Assembly: GCA_963815415.1 (NCBI GenBank)
Contig: CAWFGT010000011.1
Span: 127,386 to 191,385 of the forward strand
Direction: 5' to 3'
From: an uncultured Actinomycetota bacterium
GTDB taxonomy: Bacteria; Actinomycetota; Actinomycetes; Actinomycetales; Micrococcaceae
DNA: 64,000 bases
Positions 50,683 to 60,462 of this stretch are shown here, in pieces. Below the pieces are notes generated by a model, which had not been told where the DNA came from, did no database searches, and saw nothing but the letters and a program-made list of their open reading frames with translations. Position 1 is the first letter of the stretch. Each line of letters begins with the position of its first letter. The translations under genes were made by a program, and so were the position numbers.

Positions 50683-53600
50683 GTGCCAGAGCAGCCAAGC
50701 CACCGTCTACCCGAGGAATTTGGCGGAAACGAGTGGCTCGTTGACGAACTGTACGAGCGTTACCAGCAGGATAAGAACACGGTCGACGCCAAGTGGTGGC
50801 CCCTGTTCGAGTCCTACGACGCCGGCGATGATTCATCAACCAACGGAACGTCAGGCGCGGCAACGAAAGCCCCGCAACCCGCAACCCGCGAACTTCCCGT
50901 AGTAGCCCCCGCTGCAGCGGCTCCGGCAGCGCCGCCGGCTCCTGCAGCGCCGGCTCCGGCTCCCGCCCCGGCCGCTGCGGCAAAGACGCCGCCCCAGGCC
51001 GCTGCTCCCGCCGCCGCGGCGCCTAAGGCGCCCGCGACGATCGCCCGCGACGGTTCCAGGAACGTCGAAACCGGACTCGGCACGCAGCCGATCCCCGCCC
51101 AGCTGCCCAAGAACGTCAAGGCCCCCACCGCCCCGGAAGAGGACGTCGTCTCGGTCCTGCGCGGCCCGGCCAAGGCCATCGCCACGAACATGGTGACCAG
51201 CCTCGAGGTCCCGACGGCCACCAGCGTCCGCGCGATCCCGGCCAAGCTGTTGATCGATAACCGCGTGGTCATCAACTCCAACCTGGCCCGCGCCCGCGGC
51301 GGCAAGGTCTCCTTCACGCACCTGATCGGCTACGCCGTCATCCGTGCCCTCTCCCAGTTCCCGTCGATGAACGTCTACTACGACGAGATCGACGGCAAGC
51401 CCAGCGCTGTCCAGCCGGCACACGTGAATTTCGGCATCGCCATCGACATGCCGAAGCCGGACGGCACCCGCCTGCTGATGGTGCCGAACATCAAGAAGGC
51501 GGAGACCCTCAACTTCTCCGAGTTCTGGCACACCTACGAGGACCTGATCAAACGCGCACGCAGCGGCAAGCTGACTGCGGACGACCACTCGGGCACCACG
51601 GTTTCGCTGACCAACCCGGGCGGCATCGGCACCGTGCACTCGGTCCCCCGCCTGTCCAAGGGCCAGGCCGCCATCATCGGCGTCGGCGCACTCGACTACC
51701 CCGCCGAATTCCAGGGTGCCAGCGAGAAGATCCTCGCGCAGAACGCCGTCAGCAAGGTCCTCACCCTCACCTCGACCTACGACCACCGCGTCATCCAGGG
51801 CGCCGGCAGCGGCGAGTTCCTGAAACTGGTCCACCAGCTCCTGCTCGGCGGCCAGGACTTCTACGACGAGATCTTCGAGTCCCTGCGCATCCCGTACGAG
51901 CCCGTGCGCTGGAGCCCGGACCTGCAGGTGGACCCGGCCGACCAGATCAACAAGGTTGCCCGGATCCAGCAGCTCATCCACTCCTACCGCGTCCGCGGCC
52001 ACCTCATGGCGGACACCGATCCGCTCGAGTACGTCCAGCGCAAGCACCCGGACCTCGACGTCCTGACCTACGGCCTGACCCTGTGGGACCTGGACCGCGA
52101 ATGGCCCACAGGCGGCTTCGGCGGCAAGCCGATGCTGAAGTTCCGCAGCATCCTCGGCGTCCTCCGCGACGCCTACTGCCGGACCACGGGCATCGAGTAC
52201 ATGCACATCCAGGATCCGGCAGAACGCAAGTGGTTCCAGGATCAGCTGGAGCACCCGTACTCCAAGCCGAGCCGTGAAGAGCAGCTGCGGATCGTTTCCA
52301 AGCTCAATTCCGCCGAGGCGTTTGAGACCTTCCTGCAGACCAAGTTCGTGGGCCAGAAGCGGTTCTCCCTTGAGGGCGGCGAGTCGCTGATCCCGCTGCT
52401 GGATGCCATCATTTCCGACGCCGCCGACGACGGACTCGACGAGGTGGCCATCGGCATGGCCCACCGCGGCCGTCTCAACGTGCTCACCAACATCGCCGGC
52501 AAGACCTACGCCCAGGTGTTCCGCGAATTCGAAGGCACCCAGGACCCGCGCTCCGTGCAGGGCTCCGGCGATGTGAAGTACCACCTCGGCACCGAGGGCA
52601 CCTTCACCTCGGACAACGGCAAGGAGACCAAGGTCTACCTGGCCGCCAACCCGTCCCACCTTGAGGCCGTTGACTCCGTCCTGGAAGGCATTGTCCGCGC
52701 CAAGCAGGACCGCCTCGACCAGGGCGAAAGCTTCCCTGTGCTGCCGATCATGGTCCACGGCGATGCCGCTTTCGCCGGCCAGGGCGTCGTCGCGGAGACC
52801 CTCAACCTGTCCCAGCTGCGCGGTTACCGCACCGGCGGCACCATCCACATCGTGGTCAACAACCAGGTCGGCTTCACCACCGCCCCGTCGTCGTCGCGTT
52901 CATCCACCTACTCCACGGACGTCGCCAAGATGATCCAGGCGCCGGTGTTCCATGTCAACGGCGATGACCCGGAGGCAGTGGTCCGCATCGGCCAGCTCGC
53001 CTACGAGTTCCGCCAGAGGTTCCACAAGGACGTTGTCATCGACATGGTCTGCTACCGCCGCCGCGGACACAACGAGGGCGATGATCCCTCGATGACGCAG
53101 CCGCTGATGTACAACCTCATCGAGGCCAAGCGCTCGGTCCGCAAGCTGTACACCGAGTCCCTGATCGGCCGCGGTGACATCACCGAGGAAGAAGCCGAGC
53201 AGCTCCTGCGCGACTACCAGGAGCGCCTGGAACGCGTCTTCGCGGAGACCCATGCGGCCCAGACCTCCCCGATCCCGATTGTGACGGCCGATTCCGCCGC
53301 GGTGTCCGACATTGAACGGCCCATCGCCCAGCAGTCCGATTTCGGCGTCAACGCGCCGGCCACAACGGCGATTTCCGCCGAAACGCTCGCCCGCATCGGC
53401 AAGGCCCACCTTGAGGTACCGGAAGGCTTTACCGTCCACGCCAAGCTCAAGCAGCTGCTGGAGAAGCGCGAAACGATGTCCCGTGAAGGCGGCATCGACT
53501 GGGGCTTCGGCGAACTCGCCGCCTTCGGCTCGCTGATCATGGAAGGCGTGCCGGTCCGGCTGGCCGGCCAGGACTCCCGCCGCGGCACGTTCGTGCAGCG

Positions 53601-54516
53601 TCACGCGGTCTTCCACGACCGTGCCAACGGCGACGAGTGGCTGCCGCTGGCCAACCTCTCCGAGGACCAGGCCAAGCTGTGGATCTACGACTCCTTGCTC
53701 TCGGAATACGCCGCGATGGGCTTCGAATACGGCTACTCGGTGGAGCGCCCGGACGCCCTCGTCCTGTGGGAGGCGCAGTTCGGTGACTTCGTCAACGGCG
53801 CGCAGACCATTATCGATGAGTTCATCTCCTCCGCCGAGCAGAAGTGGGGCCAGCGGTCCTCGCTGGTGCTGATGCTGCCGCACGGCTACGAGGGACAGGG
53901 ACCGGACCACTCGTCCGCCCGGATCGAGCGTTTCCTTCAGATGTGCGCGGAAGACAACATGGTGGTCGCCAACCCGACGACGGCCGCGTCGCACTTCCAC
54001 CTGCTGCGCCGCCAGGCGTACAGCCGGCCGCGCAAGCCGCTGATCATCTTCACCCCGAAGCAGCTGTTGCGCCTCAAAGCCGCCGCATCCTCCGTCGAGG
54101 ACTTCACCACCGGCGCCTTCCGTCCGGTCATCCCGGAGCATGAGCGGCTGCAGGCTGACGCCGTCGAGCGCGTGCTGCTGGTTTCCGGCCGGCTGTACTA
54201 CGATCTGCTGTCCACCCGGCAGAAGACAGATGACAAGACGACGGCGATCGTGCGGGTCGAGCAGCTCTACCCGCTGCCGGCGGACGAGATCGCTGCCGAG
54301 CTGGCCAAGTACCCGAACGCTGAAGTCGTCTGGGTCCAGGACGAGCCCGCGAACCAGGGTCCGTGGCCGTTTATCGGCCTGAACCTGCCGGAAGCGCTTG
54401 ACCGGTCGGTACGGCGCATCTCGCGCCCCGCCTCCGCGTCCACCGCGGCAGGTTCCATGAAGCGCCACGCGGCAGAGCAGGACGCCCTGCTGAAGCAGGC
54501 CTTCGCGCGGAAGTAG
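50683..54516 (+). CDS. kgd: Multifunctional 2-oxoglutarate dehydrogenase E1 / decarboxylase (Kgd/OdhA type, with N-terminal succinyltransferase-like domain)
   Basis: [14 protein letters not shown]-terminus, Ala/Pro linker, E2-like acyltransferase segment (DHRVIQGA) and E1o ThDP region. GTG 50683 (GGAAGAGG SD) is preferred over the track start at 50551. Confidence 0.95.
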   Translation: MPEQPSHRLPEEFGGNEWLVDELYERYQQDKNTVDAKWWPLFESYDAGDDSSTNGTSGAATKAPQPATRELPVVAPAAAAPAAPPAPAAPAPAPAPAAAAKTPPQAAAPAAAAPKAPATIARDGSRNVETGLGTQPIPAQLPKNVKAPTAPEEDVVSVLRGPAKAIATNMVTSLEVPTATSVRAIPAKLLIDNRVVINSNLARARGGKVSFTHLIGYAVIRALSQFPSMNVYYDEIDGKPSAVQPAHVNFGIAIDMPKPDGTRLLMVPNIKKAETLNFSEFWHTYEDLIKRARSGKLTADDHSGTTVSLTNPGGIGTVHSVPRLSKGQAAIIGVGALDYPAEFQGASEKILAQNAVSKVLTLTSTYDHRVIQGAGSGEFLKLVHQLLLGGQDFYDEIFESLRIPYEPVRWSPDLQVDPADQINKVARIQQLIHSYRVRGHLMADTDPLEYVQRKHPDLDVLTYGLTLWDLDREWPTGGFGGKPMLKFRSILGVLRDAYCRTTGIEYMHIQDPAERKWFQDQLEHPYSKPSREEQLRIVSKLNSAEAFETFLQTKFVGQKRFSLEGGESLIPLLDAIISDAADDGLDEVAIGMAHRGRLNVLTNIAGKTYAQVFREFEGTQDPRSVQGSGDVKYHLGTEGTFTSDNGKETKVYLAANPSHLEAVDSVLEGIVRAKQDRLDQGESFPVLPIMVHGDAAFAGQGVVAETLNLSQLRGYRTGGTIHIVVNNQVGFTTAPSSSRSSTYSTDVAKMIQAPVFHVNGDDPEAVVRIGQLAYEFRQRFHKDVVIDMVCYRRRGHNEGDDPSMTQPLMYNLIEAKRSVRKLYTESLIGRGDITEEEAEQLLRDYQERLERVFAETHAAQTSPIPIVTADSAAVSDIERPIAQQSDFGVNAPATTAISAETLARIGKAHLEVPEGFTVHAKLKQLLEKRETMSREGGIDWGFGELAAFGSLIMEGVPVRLAGQDSRRGTFVQRHAVFHDRANGDEWLPLANLSEDQAKLWIYDSLLSEYAAMGFEYGYSVERPDALVLWEAQFGDFVNGAQTIIDEFISSAEQKWGQRSSLVLMLPHGYEGQGPDHSSARIERFLQMCAEDNMVVANPTTAASHFHLLRRQAYSRPRKPLIIFTPKQLLRLKAAASSVEDFTTGAFRPVIPEHERLQADAVERVLLVSGRLYYDLLSTRQKTDDKTTAIVRVEQLYPLPADEIAAELAKYPNAEVVWVQDEPANQGPWPFIGLNLPEALDRSVRRISRPASASTAAGSMKRHAAEQDALLKQAFARK

Positions 54517-54525
54517 CGTCAAGAT

Positions 54526-54572
54526 GCCCGGCCGGAGACTCAACGTGCGACTCCGGCCGGGCAGCTTTGTTT
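54526..54572 (+). terminator. Intrinsic terminator after kgd
   Basis: GCCCGGCCGGAG-(13 nt loop)-CTCCGGCCGGGC, followed by AGCTTTGTTT. Confidence 0.8.
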
Positions 54573-54576
54573 AATG

Positions 54577-54650
54577 GAAGTACGCGATGAATGAACTGTG
54601 CTTAATGAACAGTGCCGAGTGAACAGCGTTTGATGAAAAGCGTTTATGAT
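54577..54650. repeat. Degenerate tandem repeat, about 5 x 14 nt, core GAAC(A/T)GTGC
   Basis: GGAAGTACGCGAT / (GAAT)GAACTGTGCTTAAT / GAACAGTGCCGAGT / GAACAGCGTTTGAT / GAAAAGCGTTTATGAT. An AT-richer spacer between the kgd terminator and the next gene. The core resembles the 19999-20111 repeat. Confidence 0.6.
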
Positions 54651-54697
54651 CCGATCAGGTGACAGGGTCACGGGCAACGTGAAGTGAAGAGGTAGTT

Positions 54698-55297
54698 GTG
54701 GAAGATCGGAAGCTGCGGATCGCGGCCGTTGGGGACGAGCTGTTGGCCGGGCTTGGTGATCCCCGCGCGCTGGGCTGGCTGGGCCGGGTGCTGGCCCGCA
54801 CCCCGCTGGACGGGACGGTACTGGAAAGCTACTCCCTGCCGTGCCCCGAGGAGGGCACCGAAGGGCTGGCGGCCCGCTGGCTCGAGGAGGCAGGGCGCCG
54901 CTTCGGCGACCACCACGAGAACCGCCTGGTGATCGGCCTGTCCGGACGTGACATCGCCTTCGGCCTTTCCACCGCCCGCAGCCGGCTCAATCTGGCCAAC
55001 ATCCTGGACACCGCCTCGCAGAACAAGATCGAGGTCTTCGTCGTCGGCCCGCCGCCGACGCTGGATCCGGCGCAGAACCGCCGCCTCGGCGAGCTCAACA
55101 CTGCATTCGCCGACGTGACCACGCGCCGGAAACACCTCTACGTGGACACGTTTTCCCCGCTCCTGAATCACGAACAGTGGCGCCAGGATCTCGCGGCGAA
55201 CGGCGGAACACCGGGCCAGGCCGGCTACGGCCTGATGGCGTGGCTGGTGTTGCACCGCGGCTGGTTCCAGTGGCTCAAGATGGACGCTCCGGAGTAG
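54698..55297 (+). CDS. SGNH/GDSL-fold protein lacking the catalytic triad (probable pseudo-enzyme)
   Basis: 199 aa. Block I reads AAVGDELLAGLGDP (GDS -> GDE). Block V reads NGGTPGQAGYG where active members have DG-x-HP-x-x-x-GY. GTG start. Confidence 0.65.
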   Translation: MEDRKLRIAAVGDELLAGLGDPRALGWLGRVLARTPLDGTVLESYSLPCPEEGTEGLAARWLEEAGRRFGDHHENRLVIGLSGRDIAFGLSTARSRLNLANILDTASQNKIEVFVVGPPPTLDPAQNRRLGELNTAFADVTTRRKHLYVDTFSPLLNHEQWRQDLAANGGTPGQAGYGLMAWLVLHRGWFQWLKMDAPE

Positions 55298-55374
55298 CCC
55301 CCGGGCTCCACCCGTGCGGGCGCGTTCGCGATATAGCTTGACCGGGGGCCTGGCTCCGACTAGCGTCAGGGAGA

Positions 55375-55390
55375 TCGCGATATATCGCGA
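55375..55390. promoter_or_regulatory. 16-bp perfect palindrome TCGCGATATATCGCGA; candidate PadR operator / promoter element
   Basis: Located 34 nt upstream of the DUF4097-padR operon start. A partial copy, TCGCGATATA, lies at 55326-55335. Confidence 0.45.
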
Positions 55391-55423
55391 CCTCCGCATC
55401 CGCGCGGAACCCCGGAAGGAACT

Positions 55424-56251
55424 ATGGCAGAGACCACCTGGACCATCACCGGTCCCGAGACCATCGACGTCGAAGGCGTCCGCTCGCTCCGGCTCGGCAT
55501 TGTCCGCGGCCGGTTCGACATCGTCTCAAGCGATGATGAACGCACCCGGATCGAGGTTTCCACGATCGACGGCGATCCCCTCGCCATCTCCCAGGTCGAC
55601 GGCCGGCTGGAAATCCGCCATCAGCTGCACGGCCCGCAGGGCTGGTTTAAAACCCTGATGGGTACCGTCAGCGCCGGCAGCAGAAACTCAGTCGTGGTCA
55701 ACATCACCCTTCCGGCCGGCGTCGACGTTGAAGCCGGGACCGTCAGCGGCAGCGGCATGGTGTCCGGAACCGGCGGCCACACCAGGCTGAACACCGTTTC
55801 CGGGTCTGTCCTGGCCGACGGCACCTCGGGCGAACTTTCGGTCAACACCGTCAGCGGAGACGTGATCGCCCGTAACCACCGTGGTGTGCTGTCCGCCAGG
55901 AGCGTCTCGGGTGAAGTCACGGCTTCCGGCGAGTTCAGCAGTGTCCGGGCCAACACCGTCAGCGGCGACCTGAGCTTCGATCTGCACGGCTTCACCCGCG
56001 ATTTCGGCGCGAATTCAGTCTCCGGCGACGTCACCATCCGCGTCCCGCATGACGTCGGGGTGGATATCATCGCCAAATCCGGCAGCGGCGCCGTTGTCAT
56101 CGACGAGCACAAATACAGCCACCCCGGAGGCACCGTGGAGACGATCGCCGGCCCGGACGCCCAGCTGATGCTGCTGCGCACCAACTCCGTCTCAGGCACA
56201 ACGTCGATCATCCACTCCAGGCCCGCCCCGGACACCGAACCGGGACGCTGA
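55424..56251 (+). CDS. DUF4097-family beta-strand-repeat protein
   Basis: 275 aa. Repeated NTVSGD/SVSGE units (LNTVSGSVLA, VNTVSGDVIA, SVSGEVTA, NTVSGDLSF, NSVSGDVTI, NSVSGTTSI). GGAAGGA SD. Confidence 0.85.
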   Translation: MAETTWTITGPETIDVEGVRSLRLGIVRGRFDIVSSDDERTRIEVSTIDGDPLAISQVDGRLEIRHQLHGPQGWFKTLMGTVSAGSRNSVVVNITLPAGVDVEAGTVSGSGMVSGTGGHTRLNTVSGSVLADGTSGELSVNTVSGDVIARNHRGVLSARSVSGEVTASGEFSSVRANTVSGDLSFDLHGFTRDFGANSVSGDVTIRVPHDVGVDIIAKSGSGAVVIDEHKYSHPGGTVETIAGPDAQLMLLRTNSVSGTTSIIHSRPAPDTEPGR

Positions 56252-56874
56252 TGGCTCCCGTCTTCGCCCACGGCGCCCTGCGCCTGTACCTGCTGGCACT
56301 GCTGGAATCCGGCCCCAAACACGGCTACGAACTCATCCGGGCCCTCAACGAGCGCTTCGGCGGGACCTACTCCCCCAGCGCGGGAACCATCTACCCGCGC
56401 CTGGGCAAGCTGCAGAATGAAGGGCTGGTGGCTACCGAGGCGGAGGGCCGCCGGACAAACTACAGCATCACCGAGGCAGGCCTCGTGGAACTCGACAAGC
56501 GCCGGGATGAACTCGCCGGCGTGGAAAACGAGATCTCCACCTCCGTGCGCCGGCTCGCCGACAAGTTGCGCGAGGACCTGCGCGGTAACATGCGCGGGCT
56601 CCGGGCGGACCTCGCCGCGACCGCCGAGGCCGCACGCACGGCGGCCCGGACGGTGCCGGCAGCCGGCCCGCAGACGCTAACCCCGCACTACTCCCGGGAG
56701 GGCGAGCTGCGCCTGCAGGAAGCCGAAATGCTGGTTCAGGCCTTCCGGGACGACATGCGGGTGGAGCTGCGGCGCCACGCCGGACGCCGCACGGTCACCC
56801 CGATGACGCTGGAAACAGTCAGGACGGTGTTGGACCAGGCCCGGATTTCCATCCGCAATTCGCTGCAGGCCTGA
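56251..56874 (+). CDS. PadR-family transcriptional regulator with long C-terminal helical extension
   Basis: Winged HTH LLALLESGPKHGYELIRAL...SPSAGTIYPRLGKLQNEGLV. TGATG overlap with the DUF4097 gene. Confidence 0.9.
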   Translation: MAPVFAHGALRLYLLALLESGPKHGYELIRALNERFGGTYSPSAGTIYPRLGKLQNEGLVATEAEGRRTNYSITEAGLVELDKRRDELAGVENEISTSVRRLADKLREDLRGNMRGLRADLAATAEAARTAARTVPAAGPQTLTPHYSREGELRLQEAEMLVQAFRDDMRVELRRHAGRRTVTPMTLETVRTVLDQARISIRNSLQA

Positions 56875-56959
56875 CCGCCCGGCCGGTTCGCGGCGGGTGC
56901 CGTGATGTGGGAGACTTGAGGGCAGCTCTTTTGAGTACCAACATTTAAGGAGGCCAGCT

Positions 56960-57034
56960 ATGAGCAAGCGTGCACGTAAACGTCGTGACCGTAAGCGTGG
57001 CGGCGCGAACCACGGCAAGCGCCCCAACGCCTAA
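56960..57034 (+). CDS. Ribosomal protein bL37-like 24-aa peptide
   Basis: Below the ORF-track length cutoff. ATG preceded by an AAGGAGG SD at 6-nt spacing. Encodes MSKRARKRRDRKRGGANHGKRPNA and is followed by a hairpin terminator. It matches the size and basic ...ANHGKRPNA pattern of actinobacterial bL37. Confidence 0.8.
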   Translation: MSKRARKRRDRKRGGANHGKRPNA

Positions 57035-57064
57035 GCTAAGGCTTGGATTGTCAGCATTAAACAC

Positions 57065-57101
57065 ATAACCCCGGACACCTCACGGTGTACGGGGTTATTT
57101 G
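57065..57101. terminator. Hairpin terminator between the convergent bL37 and rshA genes
   Basis: ATAACCCCGGACACC-TCAC-GGTGTACGGGGTTAT (one mismatch), followed by TTGC. It could act in both directions. Confidence 0.7.
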
Positions 57102-57126
57102 CTGTGTACCTGGCCTGCGGAACCGC

Positions 57127-57387
57127 TTAGGCCTCGACGGTCCGCATCGAGTGGATCTTGTCCAGGATGTTGTTCTTGAGGTTTTCGGGCGCAGCCTCGA
57201 TGCAGGAGCGCTTCACGATGGTGCGGATGACGCATTCGAGATCGTACTGCTCGAAGCACTCCGGACAGGTGTCCAGGTGGCCCTTGATCTCGGCGATGTC
57301 GTTATGGGTCAGCGCCCCGTCCAGGTACTCGTAGATACGTTGCATCCGGGTATCGTCGCAGTCGCCCAAACCCTGGCAGTCGCTCAT
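57127..57387 (-). CDS. rshA: Zinc-binding anti-sigma factor (ZAS family; RsrA/RshA type)
   Basis: 86 aa. H-x3-C-x2-C motif HLDTCPEC plus upstream Cys residues. ATGA overlap with the sigma factor gene. Confidence 0.9.
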   Translation of the reverse strand: MSDCQGLGDCDDTRMQRIYEYLDGALTHNDIAEIKGHLDTCPECFEQYDLECVIRTIVKRSCIEAAPENLKNNILDKIHSMRTVEA

Positions 57388-58151
57388 TTCGTGTTCTCCT
57401 CTGTGGTGCTTCCCGCCGCTGCGGTTGAACCCGCGGCCTTGAATCCACGCTCGGCGGCGTAGTCGGCCAGCATGTCCCGGAGCATCCGCCGGCCGCGGTG
57501 CAGGCGGGACATCACTGTGCCGATGGGGGTATTCATGATTTCTGAAATTTCTTTGTAGGCGAAGCCCTCGACGTCGGCGAAGTAAACCGCCAGCCGGAAC
57601 TCCTCCGGGATTGCCTGCAGCGCCCGCTTCACGTCCGAATCCGGCAAGTGATCGAGCGCTTCGGCTTCGGCGGACCGAAGGCCCGACGACGTGTGCGACT
57701 CCGCCCGCGCCAGCTGCCAGTCCTCGATCGTGTCCGAGTTCGACTGCAGCGGCTCGCGCTGGCGCTTGCGGTACAGGTTGATGTACGTGTTCGTCAGGAT
57801 CCGGTACAACCAGGCTTTCAGGTTGGTTCCCGGTTTGTACTGATGGAAGGCCGAGAAGGCCTTCGTGTACGCCTCCTGGACGAGGTCCTCCGCGTCGGAG
57901 GGGTTCCGCGCCATCCGCATGGCCGCGGAGTAGAGCTGGTCAACATACTGCATGGCGTCGCGTTCAAAGCGCAGCCTGCGCTGCTCGACGGTTTCAGAGG
58001 CCACGTCCAGCGGCTTACCGTCCACCGTGGTTTCCTGGGCGACCGCCGCCTGAAGCGCGTCAGCCGCGTCTGCGTCCGGAGTTGTGGCGGGCTGGGCGTC
58101 GTTGCCGGTGGCCTCGTGTGTGGCCGTTCCGGCCGGTTCCATGGTACTCAT
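57384..58151 (-). CDS. sigH: ECF sigma factor SigH/SigR type
   Basis: Sigma-70 region 2 ([14 protein letters not shown]...WLYRILTN) and region 4 ([27 protein letters not shown]). The start is set at ATG 58151 (58142 also possible). An in-frame TTG at 58310 would add 53 aa. Confidence 0.88.
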   Translation of the reverse strand: MSTMEPAGTATHEATGNDAQPATTPDADAADALQAAVAQETTVDGKPLDVASETVEQRRLRFERDAMQYVDQLYSAAMRMARNPSDAEDLVQEAYTKAFSAFHQYKPGTNLKAWLYRILTNTYINLYRKRQREPLQSNSDTIEDWQLARAESHTSSGLRSAEAEALDHLPDSDVKRALQAIPEEFRLAVYFADVEGFAYKEISEIMNTPIGTVMSRLHRGRRMLRDMLADYAAERGFKAAGSTAAAGSTTEENTK

Positions 58152-58422
58152 TGCCTTCAAGTCTACTGTCACCACCCGCCGGCCCGCCCGTGCCGCGGCC
58201 CGCGCTTCCAGGGTCCCGGCATTCCTGCCCCAGGGGTCTGCGGGCACAGTGGCCGGCGCCGCGACCGCCAACGGACCGCTCCGCCCCGCCGCTTCCTTCA
58301 CAAGTGTCAACCTCTGCCTCCTTTATTGCCGGCAACCGGCAAAAACTGCCCGCAGGCCCGCGAAGGCGGGCCCGAGCGACTCAAAACCACGCAGGATGAA
58401 ACCGTGGGAACCTGTAGTGCAC

Positions 58423-58448
58423 AACCACGTGTGACGGGCAAATATTCC
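58423..58448 (-). promoter_or_regulatory. SigH/SigR-type promoter GGAAT-N18-GTT(G)
   Basis: The minus strand reads GGAATATTTGCCCGTCACACGTGGTTG, an exact match to the GGAAT-N18-GTT consensus, upstream of sigH. Confidence 0.6.
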
Positions 58449-58517
58449 GCAAAAGTGCGAGACTGGAACCGGTTCTCCCGCGAAGTGTCCGCGGCTCATC
58501 CATCCAGGAGGAAATTC

Positions 58518-59066
58518 ATGTCCTTTGTCCGTTTTCTCGCCCGTCCCATGCTCGCGTCCAGCTTTGTCCTTGCCGGCATGGATAAGTTGAAGAACGCGGA
58601 CGACACTGCGGAGCAACTCTCGCCCCTGTTGCGCCGCGCAGCCGAGTCGCTGCCCTTCCAGACCGATGAGAAAGTTCTGGCCCGCGTGATCGGCGGCGCC
58701 CAGGTCGGCGCCGGGGTGTTTTTCGCCCTCGGTAAATCGGCCCGTCTGGCTGCCACCATCCTGGCTGTCGTCTCGGCATTGAACAGCTTCGTGGAGTGGC
58801 GCAGCGCGGACATTTCCTCCAAGGAGGGCCGCGACGCCCGCCGCAAGCAACTGCTGAAGAACGTTTCGCTCACCGGCGGTGTGCTGCTGGCCTCCGTGGA
58901 CACGGCCGGACGCCCCAGCCTGGCATGGCGGGCCGAGCACTTCGCCGCCGATGCTAAGAAGAGCGCGGGGCACCTGGCCTCCGACGCCAAGAAGACCACC
59001 GCCAAGCGGTTGTCCAAGGCCGACAAGGCTGTCCGCAAGGCCGTCGACCACGCGACCGGAGCCTAA
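58518..59066 (+). CDS. DoxX-family membrane protein
   Basis: The C-terminal 182 aa of track ORF 57648..59066. ATG with an AGGAGG SD at 7 nt. [19 protein letters not shown] plus further TM helices and a Lys/Ala-rich tail. The upstream part of that ORF is antisense to sigH and is rejected. Confidence 0.85.
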   Translation: MSFVRFLARPMLASSFVLAGMDKLKNADDTAEQLSPLLRRAAESLPFQTDEKVLARVIGGAQVGAGVFFALGKSARLAATILAVVSALNSFVEWRSADISSKEGRDARRKQLLKNVSLTGGVLLASVDTAGRPSLAWRAEHFAADAKKSAGHLASDAKKTTAKRLSKADKAVRKAVDHATGA

Positions 59067-59073
59067 ACCAGAC

Positions 59074-60462
59074 ATGACCGGTTCCACCTCGACCGCAGCG
59101 ACCGCATCCGGCCCCTCGAATCCTTCCCGGTCCGGGGGCAGCCCGCACTGGCGGGCCCCGTATGCGGAGCATCCCGTCGATGCCACCGTCACCGTGCCGG
59201 GATCCAAGTCGCTGACTAACCGGTACCTCGTGCTGGCGGCCCTCGCCGACGGCCCGTCCCGGCTGCGTGCTCCGTTGCACTCCCGCGACTCTGCGCTCAT
59301 GATCGAGGCACTGCGCCTGCTCGGTGCCACCATCACGGAGGTCCCGGGCGACGGAGCCTTCGGGCCCGATCTGGAAATCAGCCCGATCAGCCTGGCCGCC
59401 CCGGCTGCGGACACCGAGATCGACTGCGGTCTGGCCGGAACCGTGATGCGGTTCGTTCCCCCGGTGGCAGCTTTGCGTCAGGGAACCACCCTGTTCGATG
59501 GCGATCCCCACGCCCGGAAGCGGCCGATGGGCACCATCATCGAGGCCCTCACCGGCCTGGGAGTCGGAGTCGGAACTGCCGACGGCGCGCCGGCGACGTC
59601 GCTGCCGTTCACGGTGCAGGGAACGGGCGAGGTGCGGGGCGGACACCTCGTCATTGACGCCAGTGCGTCCTCACAGTTCGTCTCCGCGCTGCTCCTCGCG
59701 GGCGCCCGGTTCACGGAGGGACTGCACCTGGAGCATGCCGGCCCCCCGGTCCCCAGCCTCGACCACATCAACATGACGGTCGCCGTCCTGCGCGGCGCGG
59801 GCGTCTCCGTGGATGACTCGCGCCCGGACCACTGGATCGTCGCACCCGGCAGCATCCGGGCGTTCGACCACCGGATCGAGCAGGATCTCTCCAACGCCGG
59901 CCCGTTCCTGGCCGCCGCACTGGCCACCCGCGGCACCGTCCGCATCCCGGACTGGCCGGCCGGGACCACCCAGGTGGGCGACCTATGGCGCAGCATCCTG
60001 GCCACCATGGGAGCCACCGTGACCCTGGCAGACGGGACGCTGACGGTGACCGGCGGCGCCGAGATCAAGGGCGCGGACTTCGATGAAACCAGCGAGCTGG
60101 CCCCGACCGTTGCGGCGCTGTGCGCCCTGGCTTCCGGACCATCACGGCTGAGCGGTATTGCGCACCTCCGGGGCCACGAAACGGACCGGCTCGCGGCCCT
60201 CGTGGCCGAAATCAACCGGCTCGGCGGCGACGCCGAGGAAACGCCGGACGGCCTCGTTATCCGCCCCGCCCCCCTCCACGGCGGCGTCGTGCACAGCTAC
60301 GCAGACCACCGCATGGCAACCGCCGGGGCCATCCTCGGCCTCGCGGTGCCCGGCATCGAGGTCGAGGACATCGCGACCACGGCCAAGACCATGCCGGACT
60401 TCCCCCGGCTGTGGACCGCGATGCTGGCAGACAAGGACACCACCGGTGGCACGCAGCACTGA
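59074..60462 (+). CDS. aroA: 3-phosphoshikimate 1-carboxyvinyltransferase (EPSP synthase)
   Basis: [12 protein letters not shown] motif and full-length EPSPS homology (462 aa from ATG 59074). Confidence 0.95.
   Translation: MTGSTSTAATASGPSNPSRSGGSPHWRAPYAEHPVDATVTVPGSKSLTNRYLVLAALADGPSRLRAPLHSRDSALMIEALRLLGATITEVPGDGAFGPDLEISPISLAAPAADTEIDCGLAGTVMRFVPPVAALRQGTTLFDGDPHARKRPMGTIIEALTGLGVGVGTADGAPATSLPFTVQGTGEVRGGHLVIDASASSQFVSALLLAGARFTEGLHLEHAGPPVPSLDHINMTVAVLRGAGVSVDDSRPDHWIVAPGSIRAFDHRIEQDLSNAGPFLAAALATRGTVRIPDWPAGTTQVGDLWRSILATMGATVTLADGTLTVTGGAEIKGADFDETSELAPTVAALCALASGPSRLSGIAHLRGHETDRLAALVAEINRLGGDAEETPDGLVIRPAPLHGGVVHSYADHRMATAGAILGLAVPGIEVEDIATTAKTMPDFPRLWTAMLADKDTTGGTQH

Noticed and set aside
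50851-52848. 665-aa minus-strand ORF (and 52900..54543, 547 aa)
   Set aside because: Antisense to kgd, with no motifs. A GC-bias artefact.
58465-58475. GAACCGGTTC palindrome, or a plus-strand SigH promoter for doxX
   Set aside because: GGAAC is present, but no GTT lies at 16-18 nt spacing. A 10-bp palindrome alone is not significant in GC-rich DNA.
57648-58517. N-terminal 290 aa of the 472-aa plus-strand ORF 57648..59066
   Set aside because: This part is antisense to sigH. Only the C-terminal 182 aa (DoxX, with its own AGGAGG SD and ATG at 58518) is credible.
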